A stretch of DNA of 64,000 nucleotides, taken from positions 6,240,001 to 6,304,000 of the forward strand of contig CBDBDQ010000005.1 in assembly GCA_965203905.1 (NCBI GenBank), in the 5' to 3' direction. The translations under genes were made by a program, and so were the position numbers. The notes beneath the pieces are model-generated. The model was not told the DNA's origin and did no database searches. It was given only the letters and a program-made list of their open reading frames with translations. Below are positions 19,824 through 28,678 of this stretch, piece by piece (the stretch's first letter is position 1; the number at the start of each line of letters is the position of its first letter). This stretch comes from Spirochaetia bacterium. GTDB lineage: Bacteria; Spirochaetota; Spirochaetia; SZUA-6; Bin103.

Positions 19824-20518
19824 GCAACCCCGGCGAGTGCGATGCGCGTTCCGCGTTACGAGCCAGACACTACGACTTGGAGACTGCGGAGACTCCGGCG
19901 CTTCTGCGCCGCTGCTTCGACCGCGGGGAGCCGCGATCGATCACGACGCGGGGCGACATCGGCATCGTCGACGAACCGCTCACCGGCTTCTTCTGCTCGA
20001 TACGATGTCCCGGCGACATCATACTGAGGATCTATGATCTCGCTCGTACGCTTCGAGGTACGGACCTGACGCTCATCGGCGGCTTTCAGTCGCCGATGGA
20101 GAAAGAGTTCCTGGACTTGCTCTTGCGTGGCTCGGCGAGCGTCGTGGTCTGTCCGGCGAGAAGCATCGAGAATATGCGCATCCGCCAAGAGTGGCGCACG
20201 CCGATCTCCGAGGGTCGACTGCTCATCCTGTCCTCGTTCGGGCGCTCTCAGCATCGGCCAACGGCGGCACTTGCCGCGCAGCGCAACGATCTCGTCGCCG
20301 CACTCGCGACCGAGCTCTTCATCCCTTACGCCTCCCCCGGAGGCAAGACCGAGTCCCTCGCCCGCAGGCACGCGGCGGCAGGGAAAGCCATCCTCACCCT
20401 TGACAGGCCTGTCAACGCGAATCTGCTCGCCCTCGGCGCACGCGCGGTCGAGGCTCGACACCGTGCGCATCGACAGGCAGATGATCGCCGTCGGCATCCG
20501 GCGGGTACGGGGCCGTGA
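19820..20518 (+). CDS. Short DprA/SMF-like (SLOG Rossmann) protein
   Basis: FFCSIRCPG, GGFQSPMEKE, CPARS, GRLLILS, AAQRNDLVAALA, PGGKT; lacks the SAM and winged-helix domains of canonical DprA. Confidence 0.78.
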   Translation: MSNPGECDARSALRARHYDLETAETPALLRRCFDRGEPRSITTRGDIGIVDEPLTGFFCSIRCPGDIILRIYDLARTLRGTDLTLIGGFQSPMEKEFLDLLLRGSASVVVCPARSIENMRIRQEWRTPISEGRLLILSSFGRSQHRPTAALAAQRNDLVAALATELFIPYASPGGKTESLARRHAAAGKAILTLDRPVNANLLALGARAVEARHRAHRQADDRRRHPAGTGP

Positions 20519-22113
20519 TGAGTAAGCTGCCGATCGGCATCCAGACCTTCCGCCGGATACGGGAAGAAGGATTCTACTACGTGGACAAGACCGTCTACGC
20601 CCGGCGGCTCGTGGACGACGCAGGACCTCACTACTTCCTTTCTCGCCCGCGCCGCTTCGGCAAGAGCCTGTTCGTGGACACCCTCAAGGAGCTGTTCGAG
20701 GGTAGCGAGGAGTTGTTCCGCGGCTTGGCAATTCACGACGGCTGGGAGTGGTCGAAGCGCCACCCGGTAGTGCGGCTGGACTTCAGCGGCGGCAACTTCA
20801 TGCGGCCCGGCGAACTGCACGCGGTCGCTACGCGCCAGTTGACCGCGGCGCAACTGCAGGCGGCGCCGAGGCTACTACCCAGACTGATGGATGCGCTACG
20901 GGGGCGCAGTGGGGCGCCACTCGCGGACGACACGCTGTCCGGGCGCCTCGCCGCGCTGCTGGAAACGCTGCACCGCCGTAGCGGGCGGCGGGTGGTCGTG
21001 CTGGTGGACGAGTACGACAAGCCGATCCTGGACGCTATCGACAGACCGGAGATCGCGCAAGCCAATCGGGACGACCTGCGCGGACTGTACGGGACCCTCA
21101 AGGCGTGCGACGCCCACGTTGAGCTCACCTTCATCACCGGGGTGAGCAAGTTCAGCAAGGTGAGTCTCTTCTCCGATCTGAACAATCTCACCGACCTCAC
21201 CCTGGACCCTTCCTACGCGGCAATCTGCGGCTACACCGAGGCAGACCTCGACGCCGTCTTCGCGCGGGAGCTTGCCGGTCTGGACCGGGACGAGATCCGC
21301 GCCTGGTACAACGGCTACCGGTGGGGCGACGACGAAGACAAGGTCTACAACCCCTTCTGCCTGCTCAAGCTGTTCCGCAGTCGGCTATTTCGGGCGCACT
21401 GGTTCGAGACTGCCACCCCGCGGTTCCTGATCGACACGCTGCTCCGCCGCGGCTTTGCCGCCCCGGACCTCGAACGTGTTCACGCCAGCGAAACGCTGCT
21501 GTCGACCTTCGACGTCGACTTCATCGCCCCGGAAGCGCTGCTGTTCCAGACCGGATACCTGACGATCACGGGGATGGAGGAGCAGCCGAACGACTATCCG
21601 CGCTACCGGCTGGACTACCCGAACCGGGAGGTGCGGCGTGGCCTGAACGAGCACCTGCTGGACGCGCTGGCGCCGAACTGGCGCGCGGCGGATAGCGGCG
21701 CCACGCTGCGCCGGGTGCTGGCCGCCGAGGACTGGGACGGCGTGGAAGCGCTGTTGCGCAAGCTGCTGGCCGGCATTCCGCACGACTGGCATCGGAGGAA
21801 CGACATCGCTCGCTACGAGGCGTACTGGTCGAGCGTGTTCTACGCCTGGTTCCAGGCGTCTATGGACGGCGTGGCCGCCGAGGACGCCACCAGCCGCGGG
21901 CGCCTGGACTTGGCGGTCCGCCTCGGCGGGAACGCCTACCTGTTCGAGTTCAAGGTGGCCGAGCGGTCGGACCCGGGCGCCGCGCTAGCCCAGTTGCAGG
22001 TGCGCAGGTACGCCGACAAATACCGCTCTGCGGGCTGCACTGTCCACCTGATCGGCGTCGAGATCAGCGCCGATACCCGCGCCATCGTCGCGTTCGAGAC
22101 CGCCTCCGGCTGA
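20515..22113 (+). CDS. AAA-ATPase-like protein with C-terminal PD-(D/E)XK nuclease (PDDEXK_9/DUF1703 type)
   Basis: KLPIGIQTF, YVDKT, SRPRRFGKSL, LVDEYDKP, YPNREV, GRLDL..FEFK. Confidence 0.92.
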   Translation: MMSKLPIGIQTFRRIREEGFYYVDKTVYARRLVDDAGPHYFLSRPRRFGKSLFVDTLKELFEGSEELFRGLAIHDGWEWSKRHPVVRLDFSGGNFMRPGELHAVATRQLTAAQLQAAPRLLPRLMDALRGRSGAPLADDTLSGRLAALLETLHRRSGRRVVVLVDEYDKPILDAIDRPEIAQANRDDLRGLYGTLKACDAHVELTFITGVSKFSKVSLFSDLNNLTDLTLDPSYAAICGYTEADLDAVFARELAGLDRDEIRAWYNGYRWGDDEDKVYNPFCLLKLFRSRLFRAHWFETATPRFLIDTLLRRGFAAPDLERVHASETLLSTFDVDFIAPEALLFQTGYLTITGMEEQPNDYPRYRLDYPNREVRRGLNEHLLDALAPNWRAADSGATLRRVLAAEDWDGVEALLRKLLAGIPHDWHRRNDIARYEAYWSSVFYAWFQASMDGVAAEDATSRGRLDLAVRLGGNAYLFEFKVAERSDPGAALAQLQVRRYADKYRSAGCTVHLIGVEISADTRAIVAFETASG

Positions 22114-22250
22114 GGGTATGAATGAACGGCAGCATGGCATGTGAGGGGATTGTGACGCGCGCTTCGCGATGATAGGTTGGTTGTGACGCGAGTGGGCTGC
22201 CGGCTGGCAGCCCAGATTCGTCGTCGATATACGCCTACGAGGAGCGCATC

Positions 22251-22829
22251 ATGTCCGATTTACCTGCCGGCGGGAGTGGCGAGGGCCATTCCGTATCCGC
22301 CGGCGTGTCTCCCGTTCCCTGGCATACTGGGGAACTGGGGATCGCCTTCTTTGGCCTGACCCGTCTCCGGGAGTGGCATTCGGCCAGCGAAGATTCGCGG
22401 GTCGCCGAGTTTCTGCAGTCCTACTACGTTCTTGCCGGCCGCACGATCGCCGACGCCGGTGCCCGCCTGGTGAAGCTGAACGGCGCCGAGGGGCTGTGCG
22501 TGATCCCGGCGCCGCGAATGGCCGCGGGTGTTCATGCCCTGTGCGAACTTGCTACCACCGTGCGGCGGCTGGCCCGCGGACACCGCTTCGAAGCCCATCT
22601 GAACGTGCAGGTCCACTTCGGTGCCGTGGTGAGCGGCGAGTTCGGGCCGCCGGGCCTGCGCCGCTACGATGTGATCGGCAAGGCGGTCAACGTGGCCGCC
22701 CGCATCGGCGGGCGCGGCGTGGTGCTTACGGCGCAGGCCTACCGGCAACTGGACCACGCCAGCCGGCAACGGTTCGACAAGCATGCGCCGCCGATCTCGT
22801 ACCACTACCGCTCCGAGCGGACCGGGTAG
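22251..22829 (+). CDS. Class III adenylate/guanylate cyclase-like protein, apparently lacking both metal-binding Asp
   Basis: VHFGAVVSGEFG...YDVIGKAVNVAARI retained; IAFFGL and VKLNGAEG at the FxDL and KxxGD positions; RBS AGGAG. Confidence 0.75.
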   Translation: MSDLPAGGSGEGHSVSAGVSPVPWHTGELGIAFFGLTRLREWHSASEDSRVAEFLQSYYVLAGRTIADAGARLVKLNGAEGLCVIPAPRMAAGVHALCELATTVRRLARGHRFEAHLNVQVHFGAVVSGEFGPPGLRRYDVIGKAVNVAARIGGRGVVLTAQAYRQLDHASRQRFDKHAPPISYHYRSERTG

Positions 22830-22833
22830 CGGC

Positions 22834-23916
22834 ATGCTGCTGTACCACGGCACCACGCGGCGCAGCGCCGAGCAGATCGCGATCGAGGGCTTCGCGCCAC
22901 GCAAGCCGTCGCGCCGGGTCTGGTTCGCGCAGAGCAAGGGATATGCGCTGCGCCGCGCCAAGGTGAAGGCACGGCGCAGCCGCGACCGACCGGTGGTGCT
23001 GCTGTGCGAGCTCGACCTCGCGGCGTTGCGCCGCAAGCTGGGCAGCAAGCGCGTCGTGCACCGGGCAGGCATCGTCTCGATCCACGGCAGTCTGCCGGTG
23101 ACGGTGCTGCGCCACGCCCCCGGAGTGTGGGACCCGCCGTCGGCGGCGCCGGAACTGGCGGCGTGGCTGAATGGGGTGTTGCGGATAAAGGCACATCGCG
23201 GGATCAGCCGCAGCGACCCTGGCCTGATCCGCCTGGCGCGCTGGATCCGGAACCGGCGTGAATCGCAGCCGCGGTCACGGCTGCGTGACGGCGAGATCCT
23301 GGAGCGGGCCGCGGGCTGGCTGCCGCAGTGGTTCCACGGGGTGTCGGTAGATCCCGCTACGCTCAGGGTCCGCCGGCACGCCGCCGAGGTGACCATGGTC
23401 GCCGACGTGGAGCGATCCGAGGGCACGACCGAACTCATCGACGAGGTCGAGGAAGCGCTCGCCTCCGGCAACCCCCGACGCCGGCTGCGCGCGCTGCGGC
23501 GGCTGCACTGCGCCGGTGACCCCGACCTGGTCGACTGGTGCGCACTGCTGCTCGGCGACGAGGACCATACCGTGCGCCGCAAGGCGCTGGAGCGGATCGG
23601 GCGCTCCGAGGATGGCGACCCCTATCTGCTGCTGCCCTTCGCCCATTGTAGCCACAAGGGGCTACGCGCGGCCGCGGTGGCCGGCCTGGCGCGAGTGGGC
23701 GGCGCTCAGGCGGCCGATTGGTGCGCCCGCGGGCTGCGGGATGCCGACGACGCGGTGCGCCTGGCGGTGGCGCGCGAGCTGCCGCGCTACGACCCGCTGC
23801 GCCATCGCTGGCTGTTCGAGCTGGCGCTCTACGATCCGCACCCGCAGATCGCGGAGCGGGCGCGCAAGCTCACCGCCCGCCGGGGGTATCACCTGTTGCG
23901 GCCGCACTGGAGTTGA
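22834..23916 (+). CDS. KptA/Tpt1-like (ART-fold) domain fused to HEAT repeats
   Basis: LYHGTT..I..EGF...RVWFA....A...VVLLCELD...GIVSI..LP...L; C-terminal repeats (DEDHTVRRKALERIG, DADDAVRLAVAREL, DPHPQIAERA). Confidence 0.7.
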   Translation: MLLYHGTTRRSAEQIAIEGFAPRKPSRRVWFAQSKGYALRRAKVKARRSRDRPVVLLCELDLAALRRKLGSKRVVHRAGIVSIHGSLPVTVLRHAPGVWDPPSAAPELAAWLNGVLRIKAHRGISRSDPGLIRLARWIRNRRESQPRSRLRDGEILERAAGWLPQWFHGVSVDPATLRVRRHAAEVTMVADVERSEGTTELIDEVEEALASGNPRRRLRALRRLHCAGDPDLVDWCALLLGDEDHTVRRKALERIGRSEDGDPYLLLPFAHCSHKGLRAAAVAGLARVGGAQAADWCARGLRDADDAVRLAVARELPRYDPLRHRWLFELALYDPHPQIAERARKLTARRGYHLLRPHWS

Positions 23917-23996
23917 GGCCGGCCGGGACGCATCCCCGGCCGCGCACAGAATCGCCTGCAGCAGGTATCATGGGACGCGAAGGAGAGCTGCGGGAA

Positions 23997-24803
23997 ATGA
24001 CTATCGACTACGGCGGCAAGGTGGTGCTGGTGACCGGAGCCGCGCAGGGCATCGGGCGCGGCGTGGCGCTGGAGTTCGCCGCCAGCGGGGCACGGGTAGC
24101 GGTGGTGGACGTGGACAACGAGCACGGAGCGGCCACCGCCGCGGATGCGGCGGCTCGCGGTCCCGGCGCCGTGTTCATCAGCGCCGATCTGGGTATCACC
24201 GCGGACTGCCGGCGCGCGGTCGACGAGGCGGTGGCGCAGCTCGGCGGCATCGACGTCCTGGTCAACAACGTCGGCATCCAGAGCATCGACTCCTACCGCA
24301 CCGCGGAGGAGACTTCGGAGGAGCTGTGGGACCGGGTGCTGGCGGTAAATCTCAAGAGCCACTTCCTGATGGCCAAGTACTGCATCCCCGAAATCCGCAA
24401 GCGCGGCGGCGGGACGATCATCAACGTGGCCAGCGTGCAGGGCCTGCAGTCGATGCCCAAGGTTCCGGCGTACGCGGCAAGCAAGGGCGGCATTCTTTCC
24501 CTGACCCGCCAGATGTCGATCGACTACGCCAAACAGGGCATCCGCGTGCTGGCGGTGAACCCGGGCACCATTGATACCCCGCTGCTGCAGGAGGCGGCGG
24601 ACGCCACCGAGGACCCGGACGCAGCGAAGGCGACCTGGGCCCGCAGCCAGCCGCTGGGCCGCCTCGGCCGGCCCGACGACATCGGCAAGGCGATGGTGTT
24701 CCTGGCCAGCGAGCACGCCGGCTTCATGACCGGCGAGTACGTGTGCGTGGACGGCGGCGTGATGGCGATCGGCGCCTGGGCGCCGCCGGTGCCGGAATGG
24801 TAG
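23997..24803 (+). CDS. SDR family NAD(P)-dependent oxidoreductase
   Basis: TGAAQGIG, NNVG, YAASK, PGTIDT. Confidence 0.95.
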   Translation: MTIDYGGKVVLVTGAAQGIGRGVALEFAASGARVAVVDVDNEHGAATAADAAARGPGAVFISADLGITADCRRAVDEAVAQLGGIDVLVNNVGIQSIDSYRTAEETSEELWDRVLAVNLKSHFLMAKYCIPEIRKRGGGTIINVASVQGLQSMPKVPAYAASKGGILSLTRQMSIDYAKQGIRVLAVNPGTIDTPLLQEAADATEDPDAAKATWARSQPLGRLGRPDDIGKAMVFLASEHAGFMTGEYVCVDGGVMAIGAWAPPVPEW

Positions 24804-24813
24804 GCGCCCGCTC

Positions 24814-25803
24814 ATGAGCGCACCCGCCCTGCAGCTCGGCGTCAGCCACCAGACGCGGCAGACGCTGACCCCGGCGCGAATGCGGTTCCTGCGCCAGATG
24901 GGCGTGGAGAAGGTCGAGGTGCGCATCCCCAGCGCGGCCAGCAGCTACGACGACATCTGCCGGATCCGCGACACCGTGCAGGAGGGCGGACTGGGCCTGC
25001 ACGAAATCATGCTCGCCGACCGCTACAGTTGCCGCCCGATCGCCCTCGGCCTGCCCGAGCGCGACGCCGAGATCGCGCTGTTCAAGCGCTTCCTCCACGA
25101 CCTCGGGCGCGCCGGCGTGAGCACCATGACCTACGCCTGGCACACCGGCGGCGCCTACGCCACCGGCCGCACCGAGACCCGCGGCTGCAGCACGCGGCTG
25201 TTCACGCTCGCCGAGGCGCAGGCGCTTCCCGACGCCTACGAGCGCCGCTACTCGCACGCCGAGCTGTGGGACAACTACGCGGGCTTCATCCGCGAGATCC
25301 TGCCGGTCGCGGAACAGCACGGCGTGCGCCTGCAACTGCACCCCAACGACCCGCCGGTCGATCACCAGGGCGTGCCGCGCCTGTTCAGCAGCCGCGTGGC
25401 GTTTCGCCGCGCCATGGAGATCGCCGGCCACAGCCCCTTCTCCGGAATCCTGTTCTGCGTCGGCTGCTTCGCCGAGATGTTCGGCCCCGACGGCACGGGA
25501 GAGGACGTTGCCGGCGCGATCTACGAGTTCGGCAGCCGCGGGCACATCTTCCAGGTGCACTTCCGCAACATCAGCTCGCCGATGCCCGACTTCCACGAGA
25601 CCTTCCCGGACAACGGCTACCTCGACATGCACCGCATCATGGCGGCGCTGGCACAGGTGGGCTACGCCGGCATGGTGGTGCCGGACCATGTCCCCCAGCT
25701 CGACGAGGGCGCCGATTCCCGCGCCGGGGAGGCGTACATACTCGGCTACATCCGGGCGCTGATCCAGGCAGTCACGGCCGCCGCGGACCGTGGATCCGAT
25801 TGA
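24814..25803 (+). CDS. Mannonate dehydratase (UxuA)-like protein
   Basis: LWDNY, LHPNDPP, VHFRN, FHETF, PDHVP. Confidence 0.85.
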   Translation: MSAPALQLGVSHQTRQTLTPARMRFLRQMGVEKVEVRIPSAASSYDDICRIRDTVQEGGLGLHEIMLADRYSCRPIALGLPERDAEIALFKRFLHDLGRAGVSTMTYAWHTGGAYATGRTETRGCSTRLFTLAEAQALPDAYERRYSHAELWDNYAGFIREILPVAEQHGVRLQLHPNDPPVDHQGVPRLFSSRVAFRRAMEIAGHSPFSGILFCVGCFAEMFGPDGTGEDVAGAIYEFGSRGHIFQVHFRNISSPMPDFHETFPDNGYLDMHRIMAALAQVGYAGMVVPDHVPQLDEGADSRAGEAYILGYIRALIQAVTAAADRGSD

Positions 25804-25946
25804 CCGCAGCCGACTATGGTTCTGGCGGGCGCGGGCGGCGCGGGCGTGGTGACGTTGTGGCATTTCCGAACTCGCGGTACACTGATGAGGTGGGCGGCGG
25901 TCGTTGTGCTCGCCGCTTTCGCACAGACCCGTTGGAGGTGGATTCC

Positions 25947-27119
25947 ATGAGACGTGTTGTTGCAGGCCTGTTGATGATGCTGCTGCCGCTTGGGGCAGCG
26001 TTCGCGGAGGACGTCAAGATAGGGGTGCTGCTCGGCTTTACCGGGCCGATCGAGTCGCTGACCTCGCCAATGGCAGAGGGTGCCGAGATGGCGATCGTGG
26101 AGGTCAACGACAGCGGCACCCTGCTCGGCGGCCTGCAGGTCGTCTCCGTACGCGGCGATACCACCTGTATCGATTCCGCCGCGGCGGTCGCGGCGGCCGA
26201 GCGGCTGGTGACCGCGGAGCGGGTCGACGCCATCGTCGGCGGCGACTGCTCGGGTGTGACCATCGCCATGCTGCAACAGGTGGCCAAGCCCAACGGCGTC
26301 GTGATGATTTCCCCGTCAGCCACCTCGCCGGCGCTGTCGACGATCGAGGACGACGGGCTGTTCTTCCGCACCGCGCCGTCGGATGCGCGCCAGGGAGAGG
26401 TGGTGGCCGACATCCTGCAGGAGATGGACATCCACGAAGCGGCGATGACCTACACCAACAACGACTACGGCAAGGGCCTGGCGGACAGCATCCAGGCCAA
26501 CTTCGAGAAGCGCGGCGGGCATATCACCATCTCCACCCCGCATGAGGACGGCAAGGGCGACTACAGCGCCGAGGTTGCGGAGCTGGACGCGGTCGGCGGC
26601 GACATCCTGGTCGTGGCCGGCTACCTCGACCAGGGCGGCAAGGGCATCATCCAGGCCTCGCTCGACTCGGGCGCATTCGACCTGTTCTTCCTCCCCGACG
26701 GCATGATCGGCGACAGCCTGGTCGAGGCGATCGGACCCGATCTGAACGGTTCGATCGGGACCGTGCCCGGCACCGACAGTCCCGGCGCGGCACGGCTCGA
26801 AGGGATGCTCGGGATGGCGCCGGGGCCGTTCGTGAGTGAGTCCTACGACGCGGCCGCGCTGATCCTGCTGGCGATGCAGGCGGCGGGTTCGGTGGAGAGC
26901 GGCGCGTTCAAGGACCACGTGATGGCGGTTGCCAACGCACCCGGCGAGGAGATCTTCCCCGGTGAGCTGGCGAAGGCGCTCGGCATCCTCGCGGATGGCG
27001 GCGACGTCGACTACGTCGGCGCCTCCGCGGTGGAACTGGTCGGAGCGGGCGAAAGCGCCGGCAACTACCGGCAGATGGCGGTCGAGGGCGGCGAGCTCGT
27101 TACCGTCCGCTTCCGCTGA
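25947..27119 (+). CDS. Branched-chain amino acid-type ABC substrate-binding protein
   Basis: Signal peptide, GFTGPIESL, SPSATSPAL, FFRTAPSD; RBS GGAGG. Confidence 0.9.
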   Translation: MRRVVAGLLMMLLPLGAAFAEDVKIGVLLGFTGPIESLTSPMAEGAEMAIVEVNDSGTLLGGLQVVSVRGDTTCIDSAAAVAAAERLVTAERVDAIVGGDCSGVTIAMLQQVAKPNGVVMISPSATSPALSTIEDDGLFFRTAPSDARQGEVVADILQEMDIHEAAMTYTNNDYGKGLADSIQANFEKRGGHITISTPHEDGKGDYSAEVAELDAVGGDILVVAGYLDQGGKGIIQASLDSGAFDLFFLPDGMIGDSLVEAIGPDLNGSIGTVPGTDSPGAARLEGMLGMAPGPFVSESYDAAALILLAMQAAGSVESGAFKDHVMAVANAPGEEIFPGELAKALGILADGGDVDYVGASAVELVGAGESAGNYRQMAVEGGELVTVRFR

Positions 27120-27191
27120 TCAGCTTCGCCATGGGCGGGAGCCGGCCATTCCGCTCCCGCTCATGCGCCGGCCCGCCAGGTCCCTGACCGG

Positions 27192-27974
27192 ATGATCGCG
27201 GTACACGATCTGCACATGCACTTCGGCGGCATCCGGGCCGTCGACGGGGCCTCGCTCAGCATCGAGAACGGTGCCATCACCGGCCTGATCGGGCCCAACG
27301 GCGCCGGCAAGACGACCCTGTTCAACGTCATCGCCGGCATGCACCGGCCGACCTCCGGCCACGTGTATCTGGAAGGCGAGGAGATCACCGGACTCCCCCC
27401 GCACGAGTTGTTCGCCAAGGGGGTGCTGCGTACCTTCCAGATCGCGCACGAGTTCTCGACGCTGACGGTGCGGGAGAACCTCATGACCGTGCCGGGCGGC
27501 CAGTCCGGCGAACGGCTGCGCAACGTGTGGCTGCGCCCCGGCAGGATCCGCGCCGAGGAGGCCGCGCTGCGCGCCAAGGCGGACGAGGTGATCGAGTTCC
27601 TGAAGCTCGACGCCGTGGCGGATGAGCTGGCCGGCAACCTGTCGGGCGGGCAGAAGAAGCTGGTCGAGCTCGGCCGCACCATGATGGCCGAGCCGCGCGT
27701 GGTGCTGCTCGACGAGGTCGGCGCCGGCGTCAACCGTACCCTGCTCAAGGAGATTTCCGGCGCCATCCTGCGCCTCAACCTGCATCGCGGGTACACGTTC
27801 TGCATCATCGAGCACGACATGGAGCTGATCTCCCTGCTGTGCGATCCGGTCATCGTGATGGTGGAGGGCAAGGTGCTGACCCAGGGTTCGGCCCCGGTGA
27901 TCCAGGCCGACGAACGGGTGGTGGAGGCCTATCTCGGCTCCGGGTCGGTGACCCGGCAAGGGCGGACCTCCTGA
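27192..27974 (+). CDS. LivG-like ABC ATP-binding protein
   Basis: GPNGAGKTT, RTFQ, LSGGQ, IEHDM, VEAYLG. Confidence 0.93.
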   Translation: MIAVHDLHMHFGGIRAVDGASLSIENGAITGLIGPNGAGKTTLFNVIAGMHRPTSGHVYLEGEEITGLPPHELFAKGVLRTFQIAHEFSTLTVRENLMTVPGGQSGERLRNVWLRPGRIRAEEAALRAKADEVIEFLKLDAVADELAGNLSGGQKKLVELGRTMMAEPRVVLLDEVGAGVNRTLLKEISGAILRLNLHRGYTFCIIEHDMELISLLCDPVIVMVEGKVLTQGSAPVIQADERVVEAYLGSGSVTRQGRTS

Positions 27975-28675
27975 GCCTGCTGGTGGGCGAGGCGCTGACC
28001 GGAGGCTACGGCGGACCCGACATCCTGCGCGGCTGCTCCATCGCCGTGGATGCGGCCGAGATCGCCGTGGTGGTGGGACCCAATGGGGCCGGCAAGTCTA
28101 CCGCCATGAAGGCGTTGTTCGGACTGCTGCGGCTCCGCGCCGGCAGCGTGCGGCTGGATGGCGAGGAGATCACCGCGCTGGCTCCGCAGGCACGGGCGCG
28201 CAAGGGCATGGGTTTCGTGCCGCAGACCGAAAACGTGTTCCGCTCGCTCACCGTGCAGGAGAACCTGGAGATGGGGGCGTTCATCCGCGACGACGATATC
28301 TCCGGCACCCTGCAAGAGGTGTATCGCCTGTTTCCGGTGCTGCGGGAAAAGCGGCGCCAGGCGGCGGGCGAGCTGTCCGGGGGCCAGCGCCAGCAGGTGG
28401 CCATCGGGCGCGCGCTGATGAACCGGCCGCGGGTGCTGATGCTTGACGAGCCCACCGCCGGGGTGTCGCCGATCGTCACCAACGAGCTGTTCGAACGCAT
28501 CGTCGACATTGCCCGGAGCGGCGTCGCGGTCCTCATCGTCGAGCAGAACGCGCGCCAGGCGCTGGAACTGGCCGATACGGGGTTCGTGCTGGTGCAGGGC
28601 CGCAACCGCCACACCGGCCCGGGGGCGGAGCTGCTGGCCAACCCCGAGATCCGCCGTTCCTTTCTCGGAGGCTGA
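27971..28675 (+). CDS. LivF-like ABC ATP-binding protein (start uncertain: CTG 27971 or GTG 27983)
   Basis: GPNGAGKST, LSGGQRQ, LDEPT, VEQNA. Confidence 0.9.
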   Translation: MSLLVGEALTGGYGGPDILRGCSIAVDAAEIAVVVGPNGAGKSTAMKALFGLLRLRAGSVRLDGEEITALAPQARARKGMGFVPQTENVFRSLTVQENLEMGAFIRDDDISGTLQEVYRLFPVLREKRRQAAGELSGGQRQQVAIGRALMNRPRVLMLDEPTAGVSPIVTNELFERIVDIARSGVAVLIVEQNARQALELADTGFVLVQGRNRHTGPGAELLANPEIRRSFLGG

Positions 28676-28678
28676 GCG

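Noticed and set aside
22251-23916. Canonical Pycsar
   Set aside because: The cyclase lacks the catalytic Asp residues, and the partner has no TM, TIR or cNMP-binding domain.
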